Part shown: piece after piece, positions 52,552 to 60,918 of the stretch | How positions within the stretch are numbered: the stretch's first letter is position 1 | Layout: every line of letters begins with the position of its first letter | Virus record (IMG/VR): IMGVR_UViG_3300047564_003078 | Span: 1 to 64,000 of that record | DNA: 64,000 nt | Strand: one strand, 5' to 3' | Source of the DNA: a virus | Translations under genes and position numbers: made by a program | Notes under the pieces: model-generated | Seen by the model: only the letters and a program-made list of their open reading frames with translations | What the model was told of the DNA's origin: nothing | The model's database searches: none

Positions 52552-52722
52552 TTATTCCAGAGCCTCAGTGCAGTCGCAGTCCATCATATACTCGCTCATG
52601 ATGCTGTCGTATGCAACATCACGCTTGGCCTGCCATTGTCCCACAGTCTCAGGACTGAACACGTACACCAGCACGATGAGCCATGCAGTGGCGAAGAACA
52701 GGTTCGTTGGGTAGTTTTGCAT
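52552..52722 (-). CDS. 56-aa early membrane-anchored protein (not in ORF track)
   Basis: GAGGAG SD; MQNYPTNLFFATAWLIVLVYVFSP. Confidence 0.6.
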   Translation of the reverse strand: MQNYPTNLFFATAWLIVLVYVFSPETVGQWQAKRDVAYDSIMSEYMMDCDCTEALE

Positions 52723-52723
52723 C

Positions 52724-52999
52724 TTATTTCTCCTCTTTCACGCCCATTGCACGGGCAGCGGCTACACCTGCTTCAGTGAGGTACAGCACACGGTTACGGG
52801 TCTCAGTTTCGACAAACAGGCAACCAGCGTCATCTCCGCGTCCTTGGTTCCAGCTTTGGAGACGTGCATCTGGGTTCTTCAGCAGTGCGGTGAGTGCCAT
52901 CTTGCGAGCACGGTCGCCTTCGTTGTACTTGCCATTGCAGCCGCACATGCAGCCAGGCTTGCCAGCGTATGAACGGACGGTGTGTTCCAGTGCGAGCAT
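52724..52999 (-). CDS. Early protein with CxCxC motif (start re-set to 52999)
   Basis: GCMCGCNG; ATG after cassette SD. Confidence 0.7.
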   Translation of the reverse strand: MLALEHTVRSYAGKPGCMCGCNGKYNEGDRARKMALTALLKNPDARLQSWNQGRGDDAGCLFVETETRNRVLYLTEAGVAAARAMGVKEEK

Positions 53000-53057
53000 C
53001 GTGTATCCCTCTTCGTTGCTGCCTACATGTTTAATATAGTAACCGTTCAACGGTTTG

Positions 53058-53456
53058 TCAAGAGCCTTCAGCCACTTTTTCTAGGTCTGCCAAAAGATTT
53101 TTCAGAGCCGCGATACGCTCTTGGCTAGGAAAGAAGCGGCCTGAATAGCTGTAGCCCTCCTTGAGTTCCTGCTCCATAGCACGAGCGATTCGCACCTGCT
53201 CCTTGCGACGAGTCTCGCTCTCTTGGATCATACGCAGTTTGGCAGCCTGCATCAAGCTAGGACCATAATCGTCCTTGTAAGCATCTCCCGTCTTGGTGAA
53301 ACGATACTCCCGGTCATCGCTTTGGACGAAGATGTGTCCGTGTCCGTTGACCTTGGTCACAGTGCCAAAGCGGCTCATCAAGATCGTGCCGTGGCGATGT
53401 TGACGAACAATACCAACCGTTTCACCAACCTCAGTAACGAACTCACCGTATGCCAT
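53058..53456 (-). CDS. Early hypothetical protein
   Basis: Promoter cassette plus GAGGAG. Confidence 0.7.
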   Translation of the reverse strand: MAYGEFVTEVGETVGIVRQHRHGTILMSRFGTVTKVNGHGHIFVQSDDREYRFTKTGDAYKDDYGPSLMQAAKLRMIQESETRRKEQVRIARAMEQELKEGYSYSGRFFPSQERIAALKNLLADLEKVAEGS

Positions 53457-53542
53457 CTGCTTGTGCTCCTCTAGCAGTGTTGCCCTACATGTTTAATATA
53501 GTCATGGTGACCGCAAAGGTCAACCTCGAACTCAATCTTTTT

Positions 53543-53734
53543 TTAGATTCCGTCGTAGTCGGGCAGTGCCTGCAGGCGGGGGATTTCCTTTTGGATGATC
53601 TCCAACTCCTGTGCTTCGGGCACAGGCGGCATGGAGTAGGCCATAGCCAACCAGCCAATGGTGTATTCTGTGCCACACTTCTGACGCAGGAGTTTGACGA
53701 AGTCTTGCTTGACGTAGAACGGTTTGGTTTCCAT
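53543..53734 (-). CDS. Early hypothetical protein
   Basis: Promoter cassette plus AAGGAG. Confidence 0.65.
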   Translation of the reverse strand: METKPFYVKQDFVKLLRQKCGTEYTIGWLAMAYSMPPVPEAQELEIIQKEIPRLQALPDYDGI

Positions 53735-53811
53735 CTTGTGCTCCTTGCTGCCTACACGTTTAATATAGTAGGTGCGACCCTGGTTGTCAAGAGCCGCACC
53801 AGAATTTTTTT

Positions 53812-54096
53812 TTACATGCTCCAGTAGGTTTCGCTAGCGGGCGAGCAAGCCAGTGGCGTGTTCACGCTCTCCTCGTACTCAACACCGCTCATCAAATTGA
53901 CTCGCTTCACAGTCCGCTCAATGTGACGGAAGTAGTATTCTTTCTCTGCGATGCCGTAGCAGTAGATTGGATGATTAGGATCTGTTTGCAATTGACCTTT
54001 GCCCATACGAGTCAGTTGGGCCTGAGCAGCGGCGTGCGTCTTGTACTCCTTGCTGACGATGCGAGTGTCGTGCCGATCGTAAAGAAAGTATCCCAT
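53812..54096 (-). CDS. Early hypothetical protein (TP..CSPASETYWSM C-terminus)
   Basis: Promoter cassette plus GAGG. Confidence 0.7.
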   Translation of the reverse strand: MGYFLYDRHDTRIVSKEYKTHAAAQAQLTRMGKGQLQTDPNHPIYCYGIAEKEYYFRHIERTVKRVNLMSGVEYEESVNTPLACSPASETYWSM

Positions 54097-54164
54097 CTTC
54101 GTTCCCTCTTGTGTGTAGCCCTACTCAGCATATATAGCACGCCAAGTAGGGCTCGTCAACCGGT

Positions 54165-54353
54165 TTATGCTGAGAAATTGTGTTCTCTGAACAGAACGTC
54201 TAGCACACTGTCAATGGTCTCTCTGTCTGTTGCCAGCAGTTGATAACCGTGTGCGAGCAGTGCAGCCTTGATGCTCCAGATCTGTTCATAGCGGTCGGCG
54301 TCTCGGTTGAGGTTGTTGGCTACGAACTTTGCTACTTGTTGATGGAATGTCAT
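54165..54353 (-). CDS. Early hypothetical protein
   Basis: Promoter cassette plus GAGG. Confidence 0.65.
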   Translation of the reverse strand: MTFHQQVAKFVANNLNRDADRYEQIWSIKAALLAHGYQLLATDRETIDSVLDVLFREHNFSA

Positions 54354-54428
54354 TGTGTGTTCCCTCTGTTGTGTTGCCCTACATGTTTAATATAGTAGGT
54401 GGCAGATGGGTTGTCAAGAGGTAAGATG

Positions 54429-54469
54429 AAAAAAATGCCCTAGCAGGATGAGGGCGGTCCTGCTAGGGC
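54429..54469 (-). terminator. Intrinsic terminator downstream of the ATPase
   Basis: gccctagcagga stem (12 bp) plus A7 on plus strand. Confidence 0.85.
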
Positions 54470-54550
54470 TATGGGGAGCAGAGCGTGAGGGCTACGCTGT
54501 TCCCCTTCAGACCAGGACGAGGGCACATCCCAGCCTAACCGGATACGGAG

Positions 54551-55549
54551 TTACACTCGACGCATCACGGTGTTCTCAGCAAAGACTTCCCAACGATCAG
54601 GAAAGCTCACTGCCAAGTCTGCCACCTTTAGTACAGTCCGAAGACTGAGTTCACGTAGGCGGTTCTTGTTAATATCCACGAACTCAATGATATCTTCTTT
54701 GACTTCGTCACCGAGGTTGTATGCATCCAACATGCCATCACGGATCACTTGACGGATACGCAGCATCTTCTCACGCTCAGTGTCAATGGTCAGGTCCATG
54801 TAGTGGCAGCGGCTTTCCAGAGCTTCTAGGTGCTCACGCAGCTTGCCTTTGACCTTTCCAAACTTGAGGTTGGTGATAAAGATAGCACTTGCCTTGAAAG
54901 TGAAGCAATCTGGAATGCCTTCTTGCCGCAGCTTGTGGCTATCCGTGTTCCAGTGGATCTTGCGGTTCTTCTTTGAGTCCAGAGCTGCCTTAAGAATGTT
55001 CAGCGACAGTTCGTCCGAGAAGATGCTGTCACAGTCGTCGAACACGATCACATTGCCTTCGTCTGCCATCTTGTACAGTTTGGCATAGAGACCCAACGCA
55101 CTCATGGCACCTTTGACCACTTCGTGTGTCTTGCGACCGCCCATGTCTTCCATCATCTTGTAACGATCAAGGACTTCTTCTACACCGTGACTCTTGCCAA
55201 CACCAGGAGGACCTGATACGATCATTGCTCGCACATCGCCCTTCTTCACAGCTTTGGTCATGTCGGTGAGCATATTGAAACGATCACGCAGTCTAGCGAT
55301 GATGTCTTCGTCCGACTCCTCTTGACCCGCGGCGGTTATGGAGCCTTCAGTTTCAACAACCGAGTCTGCACCTGCTACCATCACCTTGATATTGCGGTCT
55401 GGAAACCCAGGGACAGCCGCACCATCAACTGTCACATAACCGCCGCGAACGCCAACCTTGTATCCTTCTGCAACAGGCAAGGTCATGCCTGCTACGCTAA
55501 CCATCTTGCCACGCAGTTTGAATTCGCCGTCTTGGAATTTCATGTTCAT
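54551..55549 (-). CDS. AAA+/P-loop ATPase
   Basis: GPPGVGKS Walker A, VIVFDDCD Walker B, IFITN sensor, ALESR arginine finger. Confidence 0.85.
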   Translation of the reverse strand: MNMKFQDGEFKLRGKMVSVAGMTLPVAEGYKVGVRGGYVTVDGAAVPGFPDRNIKVMVAGADSVVETEGSITAAGQEESDEDIIARLRDRFNMLTDMTKAVKKGDVRAMIVSGPPGVGKSHGVEEVLDRYKMMEDMGGRKTHEVVKGAMSALGLYAKLYKMADEGNVIVFDDCDSIFSDELSLNILKAALDSKKNRKIHWNTDSHKLRQEGIPDCFTFKASAIFITNLKFGKVKGKLREHLEALESRCHYMDLTIDTEREKMLRIRQVIRDGMLDAYNLGDEVKEDIIEFVDINKNRLRELSLRTVLKVADLAVSFPDRWEVFAENTVMRRV

Positions 55550-55605
55550 GTGTTTTGCCCTCGTTGTATCTGTTCAGTATACATGTTCTTGCAGTGTTGT
55601 CAACC

Positions 55606-55770
55606 TCAAAGACTGTTCATATATAGCAGCCAGCCTAGGAGACCAAACACCGCAAACAGCACCACCGGACGTGTCATGATCTTGAAAATCAAACCAACCA
55701 CACCCAAGATGATCAAGGCACTCAGTGCCAAGACCACTACAGAGAACGAATCCATCATCGCAGGATCCAT
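55606..55770 (-). CDS. 54-aa two-TM membrane protein (not in ORF track)
   Basis: TGATG coupling; MDPAMMDSFSVVVLALSALIILGVVGLIFK. Confidence 0.55.
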   Translation of the reverse strand: MDPAMMDSFSVVVLALSALIILGVVGLIFKIMTRPVVLFAVFGLLGWLLYMNSL

Positions 55771-56171
55771 CATACCATCGACTCCATCTCTGAGATCACA
55801 GTCTGGATCTGCTGATCAAATAGGCCTTTGTAGGGCAGTCCGAAGTGCCAAGCCACATAGTCCGAACCATAAGCCAGGTCGTTCTCAGTGAATGCTTCAG
55901 CTTCGAGGATCCAACGGATGGCAGTCAGCTCGTCCTTAGCACCAATCAGCATGTAGCCTTGGACACGCTGGTGGAACGCAATCTCTGCACGAGCATAGGC
56001 GTCCTTCTGCCGTGCTGTCTCAGTGGCCAGTTCCTCCAGCAGGTTGTCCCACATGGATTGACGAGTGTCGTCGCCGCACTGGCTCCACTCTTCCCAGAAG
56101 TACTCGGTCGGACGATAGCCGCGAGCGTCCTTGTGGAGGTCGGAAACGATCTGCTCATCGAAAGTATACAT
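55770..56171 (-). CDS. Early hypothetical protein
   Basis: Promoter cassette; SDLHKDARGYRP. Confidence 0.7.
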   Translation of the reverse strand: MYTFDEQIVSDLHKDARGYRPTEYFWEEWSQCGDDTRQSMWDNLLEELATETARQKDAYARAEIAFHQRVQGYMLIGAKDELTAIRWILEAEAFTENDLAYGSDYVAWHFGLPYKGLFDQQIQTVISEMESMV

Positions 56172-56266
56172 CTTGTGTCCCTCAGTTCTGTTTGCCCTAC
56201 ACGTTTAATATAGTAGCCTCACAACCGTTTGTCAAGAGGTAGAAGAAGATTTTTTTAAACTTCTTT

Positions 56267-56343
<77 letters not shown>

Positions 56344-56356
56344 AGCAAAAGAAGTT

Positions 56357-56433
56357 TGGTAGGACCTGCAGGACTCGAACCTGCAACCGACCCGTTATGA
56401 GCGGGGGGCTCTAACCAATTGAGCTAAGGTCCC
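56357..56433 (-). tRNA. tRNA-Ile2 (CAT anticodon, lysidine type; Met not excluded)
   Basis: GGGACCTTAGCTCA...CT-CAT-AA...CCA; resembles ileX-type body. Confidence 0.85.
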
Positions 56434-56439
56434 AAACTT

Positions 56440-56522
56440 TGGTACGGGCACCCGGACTCGAACCGGGATGCATTAAGCGAGAGATTTTAAGTCTCTTGTG
56501 GCTACCATTTCACCATGCCCGC
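56440..56522 (-). tRNA. tRNA-Leu(TAA)
   Basis: Long variable arm, CT-TAA-AA loop, CCA end. Confidence 0.93.
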
Positions 56523-56532
56523 ATAGATTTAT

Positions 56533-56721
56533 TTATACTGGTACATTCTCGAACATATCGTTAATTCGACATTGACGTTCCGTCTCTTCATCGATTTGAC
56601 GAACTTCTGTTTCCAGCCGAACAATGTATTGATCCAGTGCTTGGCGAATCTTAGCTGTCGGAAGTTCGGCAATATCGCCTAGCTTGCTGATGACTGCGAT
56701 CAGTGTCATGTAATCGTTCAT
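56533..56721 (-). CDS. Early hypothetical protein leading the tRNA transcript
   Basis: Promoter cassette plus GAGG. Confidence 0.65.
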   Translation of the reverse strand: MNDYMTLIAVISKLGDIAELPTAKIRQALDQYIVRLETEVRQIDEETERQCRINDMFENVPV

Positions 56722-56850
56722 TGTGTCCCTCTTTGCTGTCTACATGTTTAATATAGTGGCCGTCTTCGGGTTTGTCAAGACCTAAAAAGTCTTTTTTTAG
56801 AATTTCCAGCTGCTCCAGTGCATCCGGATACCGCTCCAGCAGACTGTCCA

Positions 56851-56940
56851 TCAGCAGGTCTCCATCACATAGCCGTCCTCTTCTGCTTGCCGCAGCAGGT
56901 GTTCAATATAGTCCAGATAATCTTGGATAGTCAAGTCCAT
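56851..56940 (-). CDS. 29-aa acidic peptide (start re-set to 56940)
   Basis: TAAGGAG SD; MDLTIQDYLDYIEHLL. Confidence 0.5.
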   Translation of the reverse strand: MDLTIQDYLDYIEHLLRQAEEDGYVMETC

Positions 56941-56950
56941 GTCGTTCTCC

Positions 56951-57235
56951 TTATGCCGGAATCTTTTTGATGTTGAGGTCTTGTGCTTCGTAGTCTGCAT
57001 CGATAGTGCCGCTGACGAAGTAACGACGACGAGTGCCGTCGTGCTCAAAGCCCATCTCGTGAGTATAGTTCTCCTTGGGCAGGTAAGCAAAGCCGCGATA
57101 GTTATCAGTCTCCATCAACACGGCTTCGATCACCGCAGCAACCGCCTCACGCTCTTCAGCGGTGGTGTGCTTGGCAGCAAGAAAGTTATTCGCAATCCGC
57201 AGTACCTTGCCAACTTCAATCGTCTTACGTGCCAT
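56951..57235 (-). CDS. Early hypothetical protein
   Basis: Promoter cassette plus AGGAGG; NYRGF.YL. Confidence 0.7.
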   Translation of the reverse strand: MARKTIEVGKVLRIANNFLAAKHTTAEEREAVAAVIEAVLMETDNYRGFAYLPKENYTHEMGFEHDGTRRRYFVSGTIDADYEAQDLNIKKIPA

Positions 57236-57316
57236 CTGCGTGCCTCCTGGCGTTGCTGTCTACAGTTTACATATAGTGGCCGCAACCCGCTTTGTCAAGA
57301 GGGCTGCGACATTTTT

Positions 57317-57724
57317 TTATGCTTCTTCTGTTTCCAATGCACGAGCAAGGTCGTAGATGCCGTTGTAGGTGCTCACCTGCCAGCCAGCACCAGGAGTGAA
57401 CAGGTAGTCATACTCCTGCCCGTTCTCAGCAACGAACTGACGCCAGTTGTGTGCAGTGCGAGCATCAACATCACGCTCGCCACGATCGCGAGCATAGGAA
57501 TTGGTTTCGCCCGCAGGAGCATTGTCAAAGTCGTGAGCAGTGCCAATCTCAGCACCAAGCGAACTGATATCGCCAAGACCGATCAACTCACGCACCTTAG
57601 CTTCGTCCGTATAGTTCTCAGCAAGGATTCGGCCGTTGTGGCTCAAGTAGCCGTCCCAGTGGCAGTAGATGCCCGTAACCGAACCGTCTTCATTCTGGAT
57701 CCCAATAGTTGAACGAGTTCCCAT
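57317..57724 (-). CDS. Early conserved phage protein (MGTRS..IYCHWDGY)
   Basis: Promoter cassette plus GAGGAGG. Confidence 0.75.
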   Translation of the reverse strand: MGTRSTIGIQNEDGSVTGIYCHWDGYLSHNGRILAENYTDEAKVRELIGLGDISSLGAEIGTAHDFDNAPAGETNSYARDRGERDVDARTAHNWRQFVAENGQEYDYLFTPGAGWQVSTYNGIYDLARALETEEA

Positions 57725-57797
57725 AGTAGCCTCCTCAGGCGTTGTGTTGCTGTCTACAGTTTACATATAGTCACGGGCGACCCAAAGGTCAAGTGGT

Positions 57798-58163
57798 TCA
57801 GGCAAATTCTTTTGCACCTGTGATCACATAATCCTGCCGCCAGCTGCCGATGCGGATATCCGTGTAGTGGCTGCGGTGGAAGTAGTCCGTCATTGAGTCG
57901 TCGTGGTTGAAGTAGTCCGGGCCCTTCATAGCAGCCAGCAACTCAGTGAGGAAGCGACGAGCGACACCAGTGTAATGCTCGTGGATCCAATACTCGTTGA
58001 CATCAATGTTGGTGCCGCCAAAGTCAATGGGTCCGCTCTTGATCTTCACAACCAGAGTGCTGTGATGACCAACGCTGATGGTGCCCTTCATCTTGTACTT
58101 GGCGAGCACGGCACGGATCCCCGGTGCCAGCTTGGACTTGTCTTCCTGCGAAACATATGCCAT
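57798..58163 (-). CDS. Early conserved phage protein (MAYVSQE...DSMTDYF)
   Basis: Promoter cassette plus AGGAG. Confidence 0.75.
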   Translation of the reverse strand: MAYVSQEDKSKLAPGIRAVLAKYKMKGTISVGHHSTLVVKIKSGPIDFGGTNIDVNEYWIHEHYTGVARRFLTELLAAMKGPDYFNHDDSMTDYFHRSHYTDIRIGSWRQDYVITGAKEFA

Positions 58164-58242
58164 GTCGTGTGCTCCTGTGTTGCCTACATGTTTAATATAG
58201 TTGCCCCACCTGGTGTTGTCAAGAGGGGCAACGACATTTTTT

Positions 58243-58422
58243 TTATTCTAGCACGGTGCTCCAAGGTTGAGCGTTCTGCCACTCTTCGTAGTTCAGCAGG
58301 TGCAGCAGAGTGAGGTGTGTGCCAGCAGTGATGGTCTTACCACTGTCACGATGACGAGCACGCCAGTTGTTCGAACGATAGATGTTCCAGCCACGCTCTG
58401 CGAGTTCTTGCGAGTTCAGCAT
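58243..58422 (-). CDS. 59-aa early protein (not in ORF track)
   Basis: GAGG SD; MLNSQELAERGW. Confidence 0.55.
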   Translation of the reverse strand: MLNSQELAERGWNIYRSNNWRARHRDSGKTITAGTHLTLLHLLNYEEWQNAQPWSTVLE

Positions 58423-58434
58423 TGCCCTGCCCTC

Positions 58435-58506
58435 TTAGGCGAAAGTGATGAAGTGGTGTGCAGCGACAGCAATCATGATCGCGGAAAGCAGGATCGGAAG
58501 TTTCAT
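58435..58506 (-). CDS. 23-aa hydrophobic peptide (not in ORF track)
   Basis: First ORF after promoter cassette, GAGG SD; MKLPILLSAIMIAVAAHHFITFA. Confidence 0.6.
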   Translation of the reverse strand: MKLPILLSAIMIAVAAHHFITFA

Positions 58507-58570
58507 CGTGTGCCTCTTTGTGTTGCCTACAGTTACTATATAGTCACCGTTGAACCGTTTGTCAAGTGGC

Positions 58571-58852
58571 TCAAGCAAATTCTTTTACTGGCTTGAGCAA
58601 GCTTGCATGAACCTTCCACGTGGTGTAGGCATTGTCCTGCTTGACTTGGATGGTCTTGATGTTGACTTTGGTCACAGTGCCCAGCACCTGCATACCACGA
58701 GCGGCAAACGATACACGGTCGCCAACAGCGAAACTCACAGCACTCTGACGAGCAAGGTAGGTGCGGCGGTCTTTGATTGCACGAACCACAGCGTTCAGTT
58801 CGTCGTTGTCCATCTTGTGGATTGCAGTGATGGCGGTTGCAAAGTTGTTCAT
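58571..58852 (-). CDS. Early protein with KOW/SH3-like C-terminus (start re-set to 58852)
   Basis: FAVGDRVSF...GTVTKVN.KT..V...WKV. Confidence 0.65.
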   Translation of the reverse strand: MNNFATAITAIHKMDNDELNAVVRAIKDRRTYLARQSAVSFAVGDRVSFAARGMQVLGTVTKVNIKTIQVKQDNAYTTWKVHASLLKPVKEFA

Positions 58853-58925
58853 CTTGTGGTCCTCTTTGTTGCCTACAGTGTTTATATAGTCACCAGTCAA
58901 TGTAAGATCAAGTGGTGCAGGAAAA

Positions 58926-59297
58926 TTATTTTACATGAACCGAGCAGCTCTCTGTTGCGGGTTTGTACACCACAGCATCTGCCGACACGCCTGCCGCAGC
59001 CAGAGCAGCCAGGAAGTCCGCACGACGACGAGCACGATTCAGCACCACTCGGTTGAACTTGACTTCTGTGTGAGCCTCGCGACGAGCAGTGCGACCCCGT
59101 GCTGTCTCGTATATAGCAGCCCAACCTGCGAAGTATTCACGCATGATGCTCTTCACTGTTTCTACTCGCAGTTGATGGGCAGTGCTGTCAAACAGGTTGC
59201 GGTTGGCAAGATACGCTGCCTCTGCACGAGCATTGATGTCTTCTACTGCGAACCATGCGGGCTGACGAGTGTTTGATTCAGTGTCCTTGATCAGCAT
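58926..59297 (-). CDS. Early hypothetical protein, first gene of the module
   Basis: Promoter cassette plus AAGGAG. Confidence 0.65.
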   Translation of the reverse strand: MLIKDTESNTRQPAWFAVEDINARAEAAYLANRNLFDSTAHQLRVETVKSIMREYFAGWAAIYETARGRTARREAHTEVKFNRVVLNRARRRADFLAALAAAGVSADAVVYKPATESCSVHVK

Positions 59298-59410
59298 GTC
59301 TGTGCTCCTTGCTGCCTACAGTTACTATATAGTCACCCCTCCTACAGTTCGCAAGAGGCAGCACGAAAAAAAATTTCCGAAAAAAAAGTGAAAAAATCTT
59401 CCTCCAGCCT

Positions 59411-59438
59411 CTTGTAAAGCTCGCAAGCCGCACTATAT
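59411..59438 (+). promoter_or_regulatory. Divergent early-type promoter firing into non-coding repeat region
   Basis: CTTGTA-N16-CTATAT preceded by A tracts. Confidence 0.65.
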
Positions 59439-59512
59439 TAAGTAGTGAGGCCAGCAAAGCACCGCGGACACGGAGCGAGTAGGGGACGCGAGGGTCGCCG
59501 AACCCTGAACCT

Positions 59513-59655
59513 ATGGTTTAATGATTAAACCATTCTCTCCCCGCGAGATAGTTTAACGTTAAACCTTCTCCTCCGATTGGTTTAACACTAAACCATTCAC
59601 CTCGATTCGGTTTAACTCTAAACCATTGCCTCAAACCAGTTTAACATTAAACCAT
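59513..59655. repeat. Five palindromes GGTTTAAC-NN-TAAACC at ~30-bp period
   Basis: GTTTAA starts at 59516, 59551, 59580, 59610, 59639. Confidence 0.9.
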
Positions 59656-59743
59656 CTGCTTCCCGCCACCAAGATGCACCTTCTTGCCACCACCACCGCC
59701 CCACCACCACAGACAGTTCAACCAACCGCTGAACTTGACCAGC

Positions 59744-59895
59744 TAACCCATCGATCACGGATAGTGTAATGAAATCAATCACTTATACCACCTATTAGAA
59801 CCACCACATAACCCATTGATCTTACACTAGTAAAAAGATCCAACAAAGTCAATAGGTTACACTGCATAGTAGAACCACAGTGTAACCCATTGAAA
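59744..59895. promoter_or_regulatory. Five IHF-like boxes in alternating orientation
   Basis: AATCAATCACTTA at 59773 fits WATCAANNNNTTR; related sites at 59744, 59809, 59847, 59883. Confidence 0.55.
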
Positions 59896-59950
59896 GAATT
59901 CGGTTTTTCTCCAACACGGTAATGCCTGTGCCCTATACTCCACTAGAGGC

Positions 59951-60029
59951 TTACCGACACGCCGCTAGACGGCTATCGACGTGTCGCTAGGGGCTTATCG
60001 ACGTGTCGTTAGACACCGTATGACGTGGT
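59951..60029 (+). repeat. Right array of 22-bp tandem units (consensus ttatcgacgtgtcgctagNNNN)
   Basis: Units at 59951, 59973, 59995 and a partial unit at 60017. Confidence 0.85.
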
Positions 60030-60312
60030 TGATCTGAGATTTTCTAAACTTTTCAAGGATTTGTAGTAGAAAAATCAGATTGAGGTTGAGGTCTTGAGAG
60101 GCATAGTTCAAATACTTTTCACTACTTTTCACTACTTCTCACCTTAGTCTCAACGATTCTCACCTTTGTTTACAGTGTATAAAAGTTCTCTTGACAGTGT
60201 GTGTATACAGTGTATAGTGTTGTAAAGCTCTTGCCTTTGTACACACTTCTACTGTGAGATCTCTAGCCGCCCTTTGTGGTGTATGTGCAGTTGACTCGCT
60301 AAGTATGTGTGC

Positions 60313-60583
60313 AATGTATTTGTATGCTATCAAAGACACCACCACAGGTTTAATCAAGTTGGGTTACAGTTCTGATCCAGTCAGTCGTCTACGTGAGTTA
60401 CAAACAGGCAGCAGCAGTGTTCTCGTTTTGGTACACACAGAGGCAGTATCATCAGATGCACGTATACTAGAGCGAGAGTTGCATAGGGATATAAACCATC
60501 TGCGTGTTCGTGGTGAGTGGTTTCGGTTAACGGAATCTTCAGCACGCAATTTAATTCAGTGGTGTGTGATTCGCTATGACTAA
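60313..60583 (+). CDS. T5orf172/MUG113-type GIY-YIG domain protein
   Basis: YLYAI...IKLGYS.DP..RLRELQTG...ERELH...RGEWF. Confidence 0.8.
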
Positions 60584-60670
60584 CAGCGGGGCCTTTTGTA
60601 CTGTGTGTGTTTCTTGTTTTAACCATATACTAACAGCGGGGCCTTTAGGTATCCGTATTGCGGGGCCTTT
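60581..60670 (+). repeat. Three GCGGGGCCTTT repeats
   Basis: taacagcggggccttt at 60581 and 60631, gcggggcctttt at 60660. Confidence 0.7.
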
Positions 60671-60863
60671 ACTGTGTACTATACTTTATTGTTAACAACA
60701 ATCGTTCAGCTTCTGTGAATCTACTGGGTAGGTCATAGCGAGCGAAGAAGCCTTCGCTGCATCTGCGATAGCACCATAGTTCTGATCCTGAGTCCCAGCG
60801 ATATTCCGCCCAGGAGAATTGGTTGTCTCGGATTTTAAGTGTGCGTTCTTCTGTGAACTTCAT
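60669..60863 (-). CDS. Small hypothetical protein
   Basis: 64-aa ORF, weak support. Confidence 0.35.
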   Translation of the reverse strand: MKFTEERTLKIRDNQFSWAEYRWDSGSELWCYRRCSEGFFARYDLPSRFTEAERLLLTIKYSTQ

Positions 60864-60918
60864 AGCGTTATTGTATTATACTTGGTGTGTTTAATCAACC
60901 TAAAGGATATATAACTGT

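Noticed and set aside
53000-53050. N-terminal extensions such as YYIKHVGS (also at 58853-58900)
   Set aside because: They are translations of the promoter cassette; true starts follow the SD
59513-59655. Mini CRISPR array
   Set aside because: Repeats are only ~16-21 nt, intervening segments are 11-17 nt and resemble each other (cctc..gatt), and no cas genes are present
59513-59655. CtrA boxes (TTAA-N7-TTAA)
   Set aside because: Half-sites are 2-3 nt apart, not 7
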